DNA of 64,000 bases from Candidatus Thermosaccharophagus tengchongensis (GCA_032161105.1 JAVHTD010000015.1); one strand, 5' to 3'. Shown: positions 20,044 to 30,264, counted from the first letter of the stretch. Notes: a model not told the origin generated them from the letters alone. Program-made: numbers and translations.

Positions 20044-20889
20044 CTACTCAACTGGCTCAATCACGAGTTCATCTCCAACTGCTATGTTGAGCTCCTTTGC
20101 CGCATTGCCACAGTTGACAGCCACCTCAAGCAAGCCATAGCTGCCAAAGATGATTAACGGCTTTCCCACCGGCACATCTGCGTATGCCCTTGAGAGCTCC
20201 CCAAACTCAACATTGCCAATCCTCGCCCTCCAACCGCCGTTTGAGAATTCTCTCACCCAGCGCTCAAACTGCTCCATGCGCAGGTTCGTTATGGCATTGC
20301 CAAATGAATCAATGTGGATTATCTCGGCAACCAAACCCCTCCCACACTGCTTTGCTGCGAGCTGCGGGAGACGCATCAACTCATCTGGTGGAACTTCCTC
20401 ACCGAGTTCCTTCAACTCAACGCCGGCTGCAATGTGTGCGGCTACAGGCGCAAACACATCCCTACCATGAAATGTCTGGCTCAGTGAGGATAACATGAAC
20501 TGCCTGTTGGTTATGTGCACGGCGAGTTTGACACCATCCTCATCAAAAGCCCAAGAGAGGACGCCGTTGTCAGGACCGACAAAGATGTAACGCGATGTCT
20601 GAACTGCTATTGGGCGTCTCTTCGTGCCAACAGTTGGATCAACTACAACACAATGAACTGTCCCGTGAGGGAAGTAACGATACGATCCCCAGAGGACAAG
20701 GGCAGCACCTGCGATTGACTGCGGCTGTATTCCGTGAGTTATATCAATGATGAGCACCTCCGGGGCTATGGACGCGATTATGCCCTTCATCACACCGACA
20801 TATCCATCGGCATATCCGAAGTCGGTCAAGAGCGATATCACTGGGCGATGTCCAAGTTCACTTTCAATGCGGCTTTCAAGCCCTGACAT
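20044..20889 (-). CDS. SAM hydroxide adenosyltransferase / SAM-dependent chlorinase-fluorinase family (DUF62)
   Basis: LLTDFG, VVDPTVGT.R, GPDNG, TFHGRDVFAP, IDSFGN, LEVAVN.GNA. Confidence 0.92.
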   Translation of the reverse strand: MSGLESRIESELGHRPVISLLTDFGYADGYVGVMKGIIASIAPEVLIIDITHGIQPQSIAGAALVLWGSYRYFPHGTVHCVVVDPTVGTKRRPIAVQTSRYIFVGPDNGVLSWAFDEDGVKLAVHITNRQFMLSSLSQTFHGRDVFAPVAAHIAAGVELKELGEEVPPDELMRLPQLAAKQCGRGLVAEIIHIDSFGNAITNLRMEQFERWVREFSNGGWRARIGNVEFGELSRAYADVPVGKPLIIFGSYGLLEVAVNCGNAAKELNIAVGDELVIEPVE

Positions 20890-20914
20890 GCGGCTCATCC
20901 TCTTGAGGCAGCGG

Positions 20915-22258
20915 TTAAGGTGTCTTTGAGTTTTGGGTGGGTGGATTTGTCCCCTCTGCGGGTGGCTCAGCCACTTCCATATTCGGCTCAACTTCTTCTC
21001 CCATAGGTTCGTTTGAGGATAACGGCAAAGACTCCTCCGGTATGCTCGGAAACTCGTGGACAACCTTTCTGGCATCGTAGTGCGCCTTGCCTGTGCGCCT
21101 TACAAAACTTCTGCTGCGATAGCTCCTTGCTGCACGAATGCCAATTGCGCTCTCAATGGCAGCCATCTTTATATCCCACATGTATCTTCCGAAGGTTTCC
21201 CCAAGCATCCTCTCAAGCACCTGCTCAGCCTTATCCCTATCCGGCAGCCAGTAATGTGCGACTGGTCTTCCGGGCAATGTCTCCGATTCAATCTGCGAAG
21301 CGTCAACCTGTTCGGCGAACCCAGCCAAGCTCATCAGCTCCCTCATCGTCATGTTTGTCTTCACATGCTTGTATGCCGTGCGTATGATGTTGGGCAGCTT
21401 CGGGAGCACCGACGGGCTTGTAACCCGCGCGGCGACCGCCATCAGGAACTTGCGTTGCCTTTTTGTGCGCCCTACATCTCCCTCAGCATCGTGCCTGAAG
21501 CGCACATACTGATGAGCCTTTTCCCCATCAAGCCACTGCCATCCCTTCTTGAGGTGAATATGCAAGTTGCCCCAATTGTCATCGTAGTTCATGTCCTTCT
21601 CAACATATAGCCAGACGCCGCCGATTGCGTCCACGATTTTCTTCAGACCGTCAAATGTTGTGCTGGCGTAGTAATCAACGCTGATGCACAGTTGATCTCT
21701 GAGCACATCAACAAGCAGTTCAGGACCGCCAAATGAGTGAGCTGCATTTATCTTGTGCAAGCCATGCCCATCTATGATCACGGCTGTATCACGGGGTATT
21801 GAGAGAATGTAAGCTTTGCGTTCCGAGCGGCACAGGCTCACGACAATTATCGTATCCGCCCTGCCGTGAGTCGGCAATATTCGCCCATGCCTGTCACGGT
21901 CAACATCCCTACCGATGAGGAGCACATTTACCCTATCCTTCCCAGCAAAGATTAAATCTGGCGGGGCAATGAGGCTACACATAGCGCCGGCAATCTGGCG
22001 CATGAGTGATTTCCGTTCGGATGAGTGCCAACCACTCCAGATGCCGAGCGCCATCGGCAAGATGAAGAAGGCAAAGAAAGCAACCCCCAACAGGAGAAGC
22101 TTTTTCCTTCTGACGGCGTGTGCGGCAGGCTTTGAAAGCGAGCGGTTCATATCACTCAACGCCCGATCACTTTTCAAGTCGGATTCAAATCCCTTTAACC
22201 TTCGCTTTAAACCTTTACCCTCATGGTCTAAGTTCATCCCCCTCCGCCCCTCCGCCAT
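20915..22258 (-). CDS. LCP (LytR-CpsA-Psr) family cell-wall glycopolymer transferase
   Basis: Single TM, NVLLIG.D, RADTI, SIPRDT, KINAA, YVRFR, D.GR..RQ. Confidence 0.92.
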   Translation of the reverse strand: MAEGRRGMNLDHEGKGLKRRLKGFESDLKSDRALSDMNRSLSKPAAHAVRRKKLLLLGVAFFAFFILPMALGIWSGWHSSERKSLMRQIAGAMCSLIAPPDLIFAGKDRVNVLLIGRDVDRDRHGRILPTHGRADTIIVVSLCRSERKAYILSIPRDTAVIIDGHGLHKINAAHSFGGPELLVDVLRDQLCISVDYYASTTFDGLKKIVDAIGGVWLYVEKDMNYDDNWGNLHIHLKKGWQWLDGEKAHQYVRFRHDAEGDVGRTKRQRKFLMAVAARVTSPSVLPKLPNIIRTAYKHVKTNMTMRELMSLAGFAEQVDASQIESETLPGRPVAHYWLPDRDKAEQVLERMLGETFGRYMWDIKMAAIESAIGIRAARSYRSRSFVRRTGKAHYDARKVVHEFPSIPEESLPLSSNEPMGEEVEPNMEVAEPPAEGTNPPTQNSKTP

Positions 22259-22312
22259 GCGGAATACCACTCCAATGTCAAGGTGCTCCCATGTGACGAG
22301 CACAAATTGGGC

Positions 22313-23338
22313 TTACGCGCTTATCTCCACGGGCTTGCCGGTCAAGACTGACTCCTTCTCCTTCAGGCATATCAGGAGCGAGTTCCTTGCAGCCTCCCCG
22401 GAGATAATCTCTGGTTCAACACCCTTTCGTATGCAGTTGATGGCATACGAGAGTTCATCAACAAAGGCATCCCTTTGTGCGACGCGCACCCGTTTCTTCT
22501 TCCCATCTTGTGTGAACAGGAGTGGCGGGTTGCCCCACAACGAATCAAAGCGCACCGTTGCCCTCTCAAAGTAAACCGCATAACCATGCTCAAATGTGAG
22601 CCCACTCATCGCTATCATCCCAGATTCAGCACTGACACACAAGTCTGGGTCATCAAAGATGTATTGCGTGAAGATGTATTCCACATCGCCATTCTCACCG
22701 ATCAGACCCCTTGAGAAAACAGCCTTTGGCATCCCAAAGAGGTATTGAACGAAGTCGCTGTCATGAATGTGCAAGTCAACGACGGCACCGCCACTCTTTT
22801 GTGGGTCGGAAAACCAATCACTCCATGTCGGTCTCGTTATCACGCGCTTAAAGAATGCGCCCCTTATCTTGCCATACTTGCCTTCCTGTTGCATTCGCTT
22901 GATGAGCGCAAACTCCGGGAAGAAGCGCAACACCTGCCCGACCATCAAGTATCTCCCCTGCTCCTTAGCCACCTTGACCATCTCATCGGCATCTTCAACG
23001 GTGAGTGCGATTGGCTTCTCAACAAACACATGTTTGCCATTGCGAAGCGCCTTGATTGCGGCTTCGGCGTGCAAATACGATGGCAAGCAAATGTCAATCA
23101 TGTCAATGTCTGGATCGGAAAAAAGGTCATCAAGGTTGCTATACCGCCTTATGCCGCTTAAGTCCTCAAAGCCGCCAATTGGTGTTGGCAGATTGCCACC
23201 CACCGAACGCCAATCGCCTTGAAGCTTCTTCGGATCCCTCGTAGCAACAGCTTCAACTCGTGCGCCACGAATTTTCTTATAAGCCCTGTAGTGTGTGACG
23301 CCCATAAATCCAAGCCCGGCAATTCCAACACGCACCAT
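22313..23338 (-). CDS. Gfo/Idh/MocA family oxidoreductase
   Basis: GLGFMG, GKHVFVEKP, GQVLRF, SGGAVVDLHIHD. Confidence 0.92.
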   Translation of the reverse strand: MVRVGIAGLGFMGVTHYRAYKKIRGARVEAVATRDPKKLQGDWRSVGGNLPTPIGGFEDLSGIRRYSNLDDLFSDPDIDMIDICLPSYLHAEAAIKALRNGKHVFVEKPIALTVEDADEMVKVAKEQGRYLMVGQVLRFFPEFALIKRMQQEGKYGKIRGAFFKRVITRPTWSDWFSDPQKSGGAVVDLHIHDSDFVQYLFGMPKAVFSRGLIGENGDVEYIFTQYIFDDPDLCVSAESGMIAMSGLTFEHGYAVYFERATVRFDSLWGNPPLLFTQDGKKKRVRVAQRDAFVDELSYAINCIRKGVEPEIISGEAARNSLLICLKEKESVLTGKPVEISA

Positions 23339-23368
23339 TTTTACTTCACCCCTCGGAGCATGAGAGGT

Positions 23369-23905
23369 TTAGTCCCATGTCTTTTCAACCTCACCGGCAG
23401 TATAGTTCACATACCTTGCAAGCACGAAGAGCAAATCCGAAAGCCTGTTGAGATAATGCAGCGCCTCCTCGTTGATCGGCTCGCACTTGCTCAGCCGAAC
23501 TAACGAACGCTCCGCGCGCCTACAGACAGCTCGCGCAAGATGGAGCAGTGATGCGCCCTTCGTCCCTCCCGGGAGGACAAACTTGCTCAACTTCGGCAAG
23601 CGCGCCTCAAACGAGTCAATAAACTCCTCAAGCGTCTTCACATGCTTCTCATCAATTCGGTATTGCATGCTGTCATTTGAGGGCACTGAAACAATGTCAG
23701 CACACAACTCAAAGAGGTCACATTGCAACTGCATGAGCAGCTGCTGTATGTCGTTATCGGATATGAAAGCGATTGCCACACCGAGTAGCGAATTCAACTC
23801 ATCTATGTCGCCACACACCTGTATGTATGGCGAGTCTTTTGACACGACCCTGCCGTTTGACAGGCGTGTCATACCGCTGTCGCCGTAGCGTGTGTAGACT
23901 GGCAT
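23369..23905 (-). CDS. pduO: PduO-type ATP:cob(I)alamin adenosyltransferase
   Basis: YTRYGDSG.T, GDIDELNS..G, FVLPGG, RAVCRRAER, YLNRLSDLLF. Confidence 0.93.
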   Translation of the reverse strand: MPVYTRYGDSGMTRLSNGRVVSKDSPYIQVCGDIDELNSLLGVAIAFISDNDIQQLLMQLQCDLFELCADIVSVPSNDSMQYRIDEKHVKTLEEFIDSFEARLPKLSKFVLPGGTKGASLLHLARAVCRRAERSLVRLSKCEPINEEALHYLNRLSDLLFVLARYVNYTAGEVEKTWD

Positions 23906-24100
23906 AATGAACCCCTCCTATGACAGCCCATAAGGGCAGAATTATTGCGCATGATGAGATGGCAATGATGAGCATAATGATTGCCGTTGCATGCATACTT
24001 ATGCACCTCATCACCTTGCAATATACCATCACAACCGCACGCCAATTCAAAAACCACCCACCTTCCCCTCGTGAGCCAATTAGTCCCCCCTTCCACACCT

Positions 24101-24137
24101 TTGACACTTCAACCGTCCCATGATGGGATGGTTTAAC
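24101..24137 (-). other. Isolated imperfect hairpin resembling an IS200/IS605 right end or a lone CRISPR-like repeat
   Basis: + strand AACCGTCCCA-TGA-TGGGATGGTT (24111-24133); on the minus strand it is followed by GAAGTGTCAA. Confidence 0.35.
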
Positions 24138-24174
24138 GCTGCATTTTCACTGCTGTCGCCTCAACGGCGCTAAC

Positions 24175-24519
24175 TTACTTTACTGCCTTCATGAAACCGA
24201 TGGCGCATCCGGCAACTATGCAGCACAAGCCAATAAAAGCCGATAGAAGGCGGATTAACCAAATTGACGGTGGCAGGATAAATGCCAACCCTACAAAAGC
24301 CCATCCAACCAAACTTACAATTGTCCCATCGCTACGCCCGATGCGCCTTTCCTCAAAATTCGCCACGAGATACCATAGCGCAATTGAGAAGCACGGCAAC
24401 GAACAGAGCGCCTCACAAACTCTGGCGCCAATTAAGCCAGCCATGTAAAACATGACGACCAATACCGCATAGATGACGATGAAGATGCTCCCCCATCGGA
24501 CGAGTTTCTCGGTGAGCAT
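24175..24519 (-). CDS. Small 4-TM hypothetical membrane protein
   Basis: 114-aa ORF with four hydrophobic segments; RBS GAGAGG. Confidence 0.7.
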   Translation of the reverse strand: MLTEKLVRWGSIFIVIYAVLVVMFYMAGLIGARVCEALCSLPCFSIALWYLVANFEERRIGRSDGTIVSLVGWAFVGLAFILPPSIWLIRLLSAFIGLCCIVAGCAIGFMKAVK

Positions 24520-24603
24520 GTCGTCATTTTAGCGCCTCTCACTCATTCAGTCCATTTCGTAAAGCAGCATCCACACCGCTGCTCAAAATAAAAACCATCA
24601 CAG

Positions 24604-24675
<72 letters not shown>

Positions 24676-24739
24676 ACTGTCATCCTCACATTAATTCTAA
24701 CGATGTCATCGCAAGAAAGCAACAGCCCAATTTGACCTC

Positions 24740-25900
24740 TCACAGCTCGGCAAAGCCCCCGCCCGCCCACACGAGTTTCAACGGAACAAGCTTGAGCATC
24801 CTCCTGCCCACTTCTTCAACCTCACCGAGGAGCATCGGTGATTCTCCAAATTGCGAAAGCACATCAAGCGCCCTCTCGGCATCTGACTTTGAGACGATGA
24901 TGGAGAGACCGACACCCATGTTGAATGTCCGATACATTTCTGCGTCCGTCACATTGCCGAACCTTTGTATGAGTTTGAATATGGGGTGCGGCTCTGGCAA
25001 GCTGTCTATCCGCAAGCAAGCCGGCGCGGCTGTCCGAAGCATGTTCAGCCATCCGCCACCAGTTATGTGTGAGAGTGCCTTCACACTCACATCGCTCTTA
25101 AGCAACCCAACAACTGGCTCAACATAGATTTTCGTTGGCGTTAGCAACGCTTCCCCAATGGTGCAGGCAAGTTCCTCGCAGTGATGTTGTGCGTCCCATC
25201 CAAGATGCTCAAAGAATATGCGCCTTGCAAGCGTCAGACCATTGCTGTGTATGCCGTTTGAAGGTAACCCGATGACGACATCGCCGGCTTCCAAATTGCT
25301 CCCGGTGATGATTTTGCTCAAATTGACTATGCCTATTGCCGTCCCGGCAAGGTCAAAGCCAAGCCCAACATCAACGCCGCGAATCATCTCGCCAAGCTGC
25401 GCAATCTCACCGCCAACAACAGCCACCCTCGCCATGCGAGCACCCTCACACAACCCCTTTGCAATCTCCTCAACGACACTTGGATTGAGGCGTTCAACGG
25501 CTATGTAATCAACGAAGGCAATCGGCTCAGCACCAACACAAAGCAGATCGTTGACATTCATCGCCACACAATCAATCCCGACCGTGTCGTATTTCCCCAT
25601 CATCTGCGCAACGAGCAACTTCGTCCCGACACCATCGGTGCAAATTGCGATGCCCAATTCGTCGGTGACTTGGACAACCGATGCGAAGTGCCCAACATCA
25701 ATCACCGGCTCACCGATGCCCTTTCGGATCGAGAATGTCCGGCGAACATGTGGCAGCAAGCGCTTGAATGCCTCATCCTCGCCGCGCAAATCAATCCCCG
25801 CAAGCTCGTAACTCCAACTAACTTCACCATATCGTTGCTGGCTCATCCCGCGCAAACACCTCATGCCGTATCCGAATACGCATAACTGATTGCCACTCAC
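24740..25900 (-). CDS. purM: Phosphoribosylformylglycinamidine cyclo-ligase (AIR synthase)
   Basis: TDGVGTK, GIDCVAMNVND, GGEIA, SNGIHSNG, HITGGG, EMYRTFNMG. Confidence 0.95.
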   Translation of the reverse strand: MSGNQLCVFGYGMRCLRGMSQQRYGEVSWSYELAGIDLRGEDEAFKRLLPHVRRTFSIRKGIGEPVIDVGHFASVVQVTDELGIAICTDGVGTKLLVAQMMGKYDTVGIDCVAMNVNDLLCVGAEPIAFVDYIAVERLNPSVVEEIAKGLCEGARMARVAVVGGEIAQLGEMIRGVDVGLGFDLAGTAIGIVNLSKIITGSNLEAGDVVIGLPSNGIHSNGLTLARRIFFEHLGWDAQHHCEELACTIGEALLTPTKIYVEPVVGLLKSDVSVKALSHITGGGWLNMLRTAAPACLRIDSLPEPHPIFKLIQRFGNVTDAEMYRTFNMGVGLSIIVSKSDAERALDVLSQFGESPMLLGEVEEVGRRMLKLVPLKLVWAGGGFAEL

Positions 25901-27669
25901 CTTGACTTTGAGACCAACCTCAAAACATCAAACACCAGCCCCTCACCCACATCCATGCTAAGCAGCCTAAACCAAACATAGACAATCTGCCCCTTACCAA
26001 CGCTCACAACTCCAGCTCCAGCGCCGTATGAGTTGCCCTCTTCGTCTTGCAGCTCAAGCAGCACTTTGACCTTAACATCGGGCTTAGCCTTTTCTGGTAT
26101 CAACGGACGCCAGCGAAGGTCGCCAGCCTCGGGAAACGCAAACCTCTTTGGCAAGTGAGACAAAGCCACCTCATCACGAATAGCGAACGCGAGCTTCTTC
26201 TCCGGCGGTTTCTCCCACGCTATGGCAAGTGGAAGACCAAGTGAGGCGGAATGGTTGACAACACCCCTCGTTGGCTCCTTCAATCTCGCCTCATCATAGT
26301 GGAAGGGCATCGGCTGCGATGGTAGGACGAGCAAAACGCCACCATCCTCAACATACCTCCTTAGCGCCTCAAGGACATCATCTTGTCTATGGACAGTCGG
26401 GCGATAAGCCTCGCCAGAAGCATAAAGCGCAAATGGGAACGCACGCACATTGAAAACCAGCTCATCCACAACTTGCTCCCAAGTCAACGGAGAAAGCTCA
26501 ACACCCCAGTCAATCATCATCCACAGCGCTTCAGATGATGCTCCGGGAAGGATGGCGGTGCGTTTGCCGCGCATTGATTGAACCAAATCCTTAATCTCGT
26601 CATCGCTAACCAGTCTCTTCCGTGCTGATGGCTTTCTTTGACCGAGTGCCTTGAACTTGGGAGCATATTCAGATGTCGTCTTAAGTTCCCGTTCGCCATA
26701 TTCAACCGATGGCTCAATTTCGCTCCCCTCAAACCACTCATTCCAACTCGTGATGATGACCCAATCGGGGTTGGCTGAGAGAGCCTCCTCCCACATGATT
26801 CGGTATGTCATCCCGTCGTGTCGCTCCGTGATTGGGCGCGGCTTTGGGCGGTCAAGTTTGCTGTCATCGTAACCCGGAATGATCGTCACACATGCAATTC
26901 GCCCATCGCCAGCAAGATCAACCCACTGCTTGAATGTCTCCCTCGCCCATGCGCGTATGGCTTCAGCTGACTTCCCGGCAGTTTGCCCAGTCGGGTTGTA
27001 TGTGTGTATGCCGTCAAAGACCCTCGCCGCCATCCTTGAAATTTGATCGCCGATGAAGATAGCCCCGCCCTCATATCGTCTACTGACTTCGCTTATCACC
27101 CAAAGCCACCCATCAAGCCCAATCTGCCCGATAGCTCGTGAATAGACGAACAGCACTGGCTTCCCATTAACCTTAAGCCACGCTTCGTGTCTCCCGTAGC
27201 GCTCAAGCAAATAGAGCACATCTTCAACCGCCCTCTCACGCTTCCCATCCGGGACTGTCTCAAAATAAGCCGTGACCTTTAAGCCGTGCGCCTTTGCGGC
27301 ATCAAGCACCATCGCCAATGTCTTATCGTTGTAATCGTTTTGCCTCCACCAACTGACTATGAACCCATCAATGCCTGCCCCCTTCGCCCACTTGCAATGC
27401 TGCTCAATCACCCTCGGGTCTTGGCTGCTGTATGGTCCAAGCAACGGGTAATGCGTAACATTGGCTATGGTCTTCTTAGCCTCATCAACACTGCGCCATG
27501 TGTCATGGCGATACCAACCGTAGTAGAATGTCAGGACCATCTTCGGCACATTCGTCCATTTCACCTTCGCCCGCTCAAGCAATGCACCGGCATCAAGCTG
27601 AGCCAGCGCAATTCCCATACCCAAGAGAGCCACCACAAACACCGCACACAACCGCTCCATGACTATCAC
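25897..27669 (-). CDS. Secreted GH99-like glycoside hydrolase with C-terminal GATase-like domain
   Basis: Signal peptide; FYYGWY, YPLLGPYSS.D, GIDGFIVSWW, PGYDD, ITSWNEWFEGSEIEP. Confidence 0.8.
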   Translation of the reverse strand: MIVMERLCAVFVVALLGMGIALAQLDAGALLERAKVKWTNVPKMVLTFYYGWYRHDTWRSVDEAKKTIANVTHYPLLGPYSSQDPRVIEQHCKWAKGAGIDGFIVSWWRQNDYNDKTLAMVLDAAKAHGLKVTAYFETVPDGKRERAVEDVLYLLERYGRHEAWLKVNGKPVLFVYSRAIGQIGLDGWLWVISEVSRRYEGGAIFIGDQISRMAARVFDGIHTYNPTGQTAGKSAEAIRAWARETFKQWVDLAGDGRIACVTIIPGYDDSKLDRPKPRPITERHDGMTYRIMWEEALSANPDWVIITSWNEWFEGSEIEPSVEYGERELKTTSEYAPKFKALGQRKPSARKRLVSDDEIKDLVQSMRGKRTAILPGASSEALWMMIDWGVELSPLTWEQVVDELVFNVRAFPFALYASGEAYRPTVHRQDDVLEALRRYVEDGGVLLVLPSQPMPFHYDEARLKEPTRGVVNHSASLGLPLAIAWEKPPEKKLAFAIRDEVALSHLPKRFAFPEAGDLRWRPLIPEKAKPDVKVKVLLELQDEEGNSYGAGAGVVSVGKGQIVYVWFRLLSMDVGEGLVFDVLRLVSKSR

Positions 27670-27710
27670 CCCACATGCGCTTCAACTTGTGCGCTGATCA
27701 CCTCATATTC

Positions 27711-30011
27711 TCACCTCATAACTCGCACAACTGATGTGACATCGGGATGTCTCCTCAAGGCTTCAATAACACGGTGAAGCATTTCCGGTCCCGTGATGTC
27801 AACCACAAAGTGCACCTTTGCGAGGTTGAGCTTTGGCTGTGTTTCAACATTGCAATACGCTATGTTGACGCCGAGTTCGCTTATTATCCCGGCGAGATCG
27901 CTAAGAAGACCAACCCTATCAATCGCCTCAACTATCAACTCCGATTGGAATAAGCCCTCACCGGTCAGCTGCCATTCAAGCTCAACCACGCGCTCGGACT
28001 CGTCCGCCCTCGCTTGAATCAAATTTCGGCAGTCAACCCTGTGAACTGTGATTCCCCTGCCACGGGTTATGTAACCGGCTATCGCATCTCCCGGTATTGG
28101 GCGGCAGCATTTTGAGAGGCGCACTTGCGCTTCAATTTCTTCACCGCCCTTAAGCGCAACGCAAACTCCCATGCGACCTTGTCGCTTCGGTTTGCGTCTC
28201 TTCGGCTTTGTTGTCTCTACAGCCTGCCCAGTTGGATATAGCTTTGCAAGCACAGCCTCAGGGGATATGTCACCGTAGCCGATGGCTGCAAACAGTCCAT
28301 CAATGCTCTCGCAATGGAGGGCTGAAAGCGCTTGCTTCATATGTTCCTCGCTGGTCACCAATCCCGGCGGCACGCCGCGTTTCCTCGCTGCACGAATGAG
28401 CATTTCTCTGCCACGCTGCACATTCTCTTCAAACGCCCGCTCCTTTAAATAGCGCCTTATCCTGTTGCGCGCATGCGATGTGCGCACAAACCTGAGCCAA
28501 TCCGGGCTTGGTCCTTTTGAGTGCTTGGATGTGATGATTTCAACGATGTCGCCATTCTTGAGCTCGTAATCAAGCGGCACAAACTTACCATTGACCCTCG
28601 CTCCGACGCACTTGTTTCCCACTTCGGTGTGTATTCTGTAGGCGAAGTCAACCGGCGTTGAACCAACTGGAAGCTCAATCACATCCCCCTTCGGGGTGAA
28701 GACGAAAACTTGGTCTTTGAACACATCGGCGATGACCGACTCCAAAAATTCCTTTGGGGAGTGAGACTCCGAGTGAAGCGCAAGCATCTGCTCCCTTATC
28801 CAGCGCAGCGCCTTATCAAGGTCGGTGTCGCTCTGCCTTCCCTCCTTGTATTTCCAATGCGCTGCAATCCCATATTCAGCCTCCATGTGCATTTCCCATG
28901 TCCGTATTTGGACCTCAAGCGGCTGCCCATCGGGACCTATGACCTTCGTGTGCAATGAACGATATCCGTTTGGCTTTGGATGCCAAATGTAATCGCTAAC
29001 CATGCCCTGCATTGGTCTCCAAAGGCTGTGGACAACGCTGAGTGCCGAGTAGCATTCATTCACCGTGTTCACTATGACCCTCAACCCATGCAGGTCGTAG
29101 ATGTGTTCAAAGTCAACACCCTCGCGCTTCATCTTCATGTAGATTGAGTAGAGGTGCTTTGCCCTGCCGTGCACCTCGGCTTTTATTCCGGCTTCCTCAA
29201 GGCGCTGTTTAAGCACCTGCCTCGCATGCTCAACGAAGCGCTCCCTTTGCGCCCTTGCCCTTTGAACCTTTGACGATATTTCGGAGTAAGCCTGCGGGTC
29301 AATGTGCTTGAATGCCAAGTCCTCAAGCTGCCATTTAAGCATCCATATTCCGAGCCTATGGGCGAGCGGCGCAAATACCTGCAATGTTTCGTTTGCAGTC
29401 TCAAATCGCTTCTCCGGCGGCAATGGATCAAGAGTGCGCATGTTATGGAGCCTGTCGGCGAGCTTGATTATCACCACACGCACATCCTTAGCCATTGCAA
29501 GGAGCATCTTGCGCATGTTCTCAGCCTGCCTCTTCCTCGGAGAAACGAATGAGAGGTGCTTAAGCTTTGTCACCCCATCAACGAGCTTCGCGACACCATC
29601 ACCGAACTCCTGCCTTATCTCCTCAATCGGGACGCCAGCGTCTTCAACGCAGTCATGGAGCAATGCAGCCACAATAGTTTCGGTATCCATTCCGAGGTCC
29701 GAGAGTATGAGGGCGGTATTCCATGGATGAACGATGAATGGCTCGCCTGTGAGGCGCTTTGCGCCGTAGTGCGCATTCTCAGCAAACCAATAGGCTTTTG
29801 AGACCAACTCCACATCAACTTTCGGGCATGAAGCCGCAATGCGCCTAAGCAGTTCGTTCAAGCGCTCATTGGCACCATCAGCATGGCGACATCCATATTG
29901 AAGCGCTTGAACCGCAACTGCACTTGAAGAAGCGCCACTTTTCTCATCCGATGAGGTTAAACCGTATGAGTTTGCTCCTTGCGGAGCTGTCTCCATGTGC
30001 CTCACCAACAT
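27711..30011 (-). CDS. relA: Bifunctional (p)ppGpp synthetase/hydrolase (long RSH)
   Basis: LLHDCVED, KLADRLHNMRTL, KPNGYRSLHT, EVQIRT, AAHWKYKE, TGS (DFAYRIHT), ZFD (KCC.PIPGD) and ACT domains. Confidence 0.96.
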   Translation of the reverse strand: MLVRHMETAPQGANSYGLTSSDEKSGASSSAVAVQALQYGCRHADGANERLNELLRRIAASCPKVDVELVSKAYWFAENAHYGAKRLTGEPFIVHPWNTALILSDLGMDTETIVAALLHDCVEDAGVPIEEIRQEFGDGVAKLVDGVTKLKHLSFVSPRKRQAENMRKMLLAMAKDVRVVIIKLADRLHNMRTLDPLPPEKRFETANETLQVFAPLAHRLGIWMLKWQLEDLAFKHIDPQAYSEISSKVQRARAQRERFVEHARQVLKQRLEEAGIKAEVHGRAKHLYSIYMKMKREGVDFEHIYDLHGLRVIVNTVNECYSALSVVHSLWRPMQGMVSDYIWHPKPNGYRSLHTKVIGPDGQPLEVQIRTWEMHMEAEYGIAAHWKYKEGRQSDTDLDKALRWIREQMLALHSESHSPKEFLESVIADVFKDQVFVFTPKGDVIELPVGSTPVDFAYRIHTEVGNKCVGARVNGKFVPLDYELKNGDIVEIITSKHSKGPSPDWLRFVRTSHARNRIRRYLKERAFEENVQRGREMLIRAARKRGVPPGLVTSEEHMKQALSALHCESIDGLFAAIGYGDISPEAVLAKLYPTGQAVETTKPKRRKPKRQGRMGVCVALKGGEEIEAQVRLSKCCRPIPGDAIAGYITRGRGITVHRVDCRNLIQARADESERVVELEWQLTGEGLFQSELIVEAIDRVGLLSDLAGIISELGVNIAYCNVETQPKLNLAKVHFVVDITGPEMLHRVIEALRRHPDVTSVVRVMR

Positions 30012-30134
30012 TGCAGGTTGGCTTTTTCACTCTCAAATTATGCTGCGCCCGCCGCGGACACAACCAAGTATTTATTGCGGCGTCACTTACAATGTGCATA
30101 CCACCAAGCAATGTTGGCAGCGATTTGAGCGCGC

Positions 30135-30140
30135 TATAAT
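30135..30140 (+). promoter_or_regulatory. Putative -10 box of the tRNA-Gln/tRNA-fMet promoter
   Basis: Perfect TATAAT 21 nt upstream of tRNA-Gln; -35 not clearly placed. Confidence 0.45.
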
Positions 30141-30161
30141 GGTTGTATGGACATGTGTTGC

Positions 30162-30237
30162 TGGGGAGTGGTGCAACTGGCAGCACGCTGGACTCTGGAT
30201 CCAGAGGTTGGAGGTTCGAGCCCTCCCTCCCCAGCCA
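30162..30237 (+). tRNA. tRNA-Gln (CTG)
   Basis: TGGGGAG/CTCCCCA acceptor, CTGGA-CT-CTG-GA-TCCAG anticodon arm, encoded CCA. Confidence 0.96.
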
Positions 30238-30264
30238 GAATGCGTTATACTTGTGAATTGAAGA

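Noticed and set aside
20044..20889. Fluorinase/chlorinase implying halometabolite synthesis
   Set aside because: The D..R..H-type motifs (VVDP.VGT.R, TFHGRD) fit the widespread DUF62 SAM hydrolase, and there is no biosynthetic cluster context.
20890..21075. Long N-terminal extensions in the ORF track (DUF62, 51917-52960, 55065-55775, 5282-6337, 46337-47440)
   Set aside because: They overlap neighbouring genes or lack an RBS; better starts with RBS or family-typical N-termini lie downstream.
23799..24107. Small hydrophobic ORF upstream of and overlapping pduO
   Set aside because: Overlaps pduO out of frame by over 100 nt and has no recognisable homology; probably spurious.
23906..24174. Cobalamin riboswitch expected upstream of pduO
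   Set aside because: No B12-box or GGGAA...CGGTG..AATCCG consensus seen on the minus strand.
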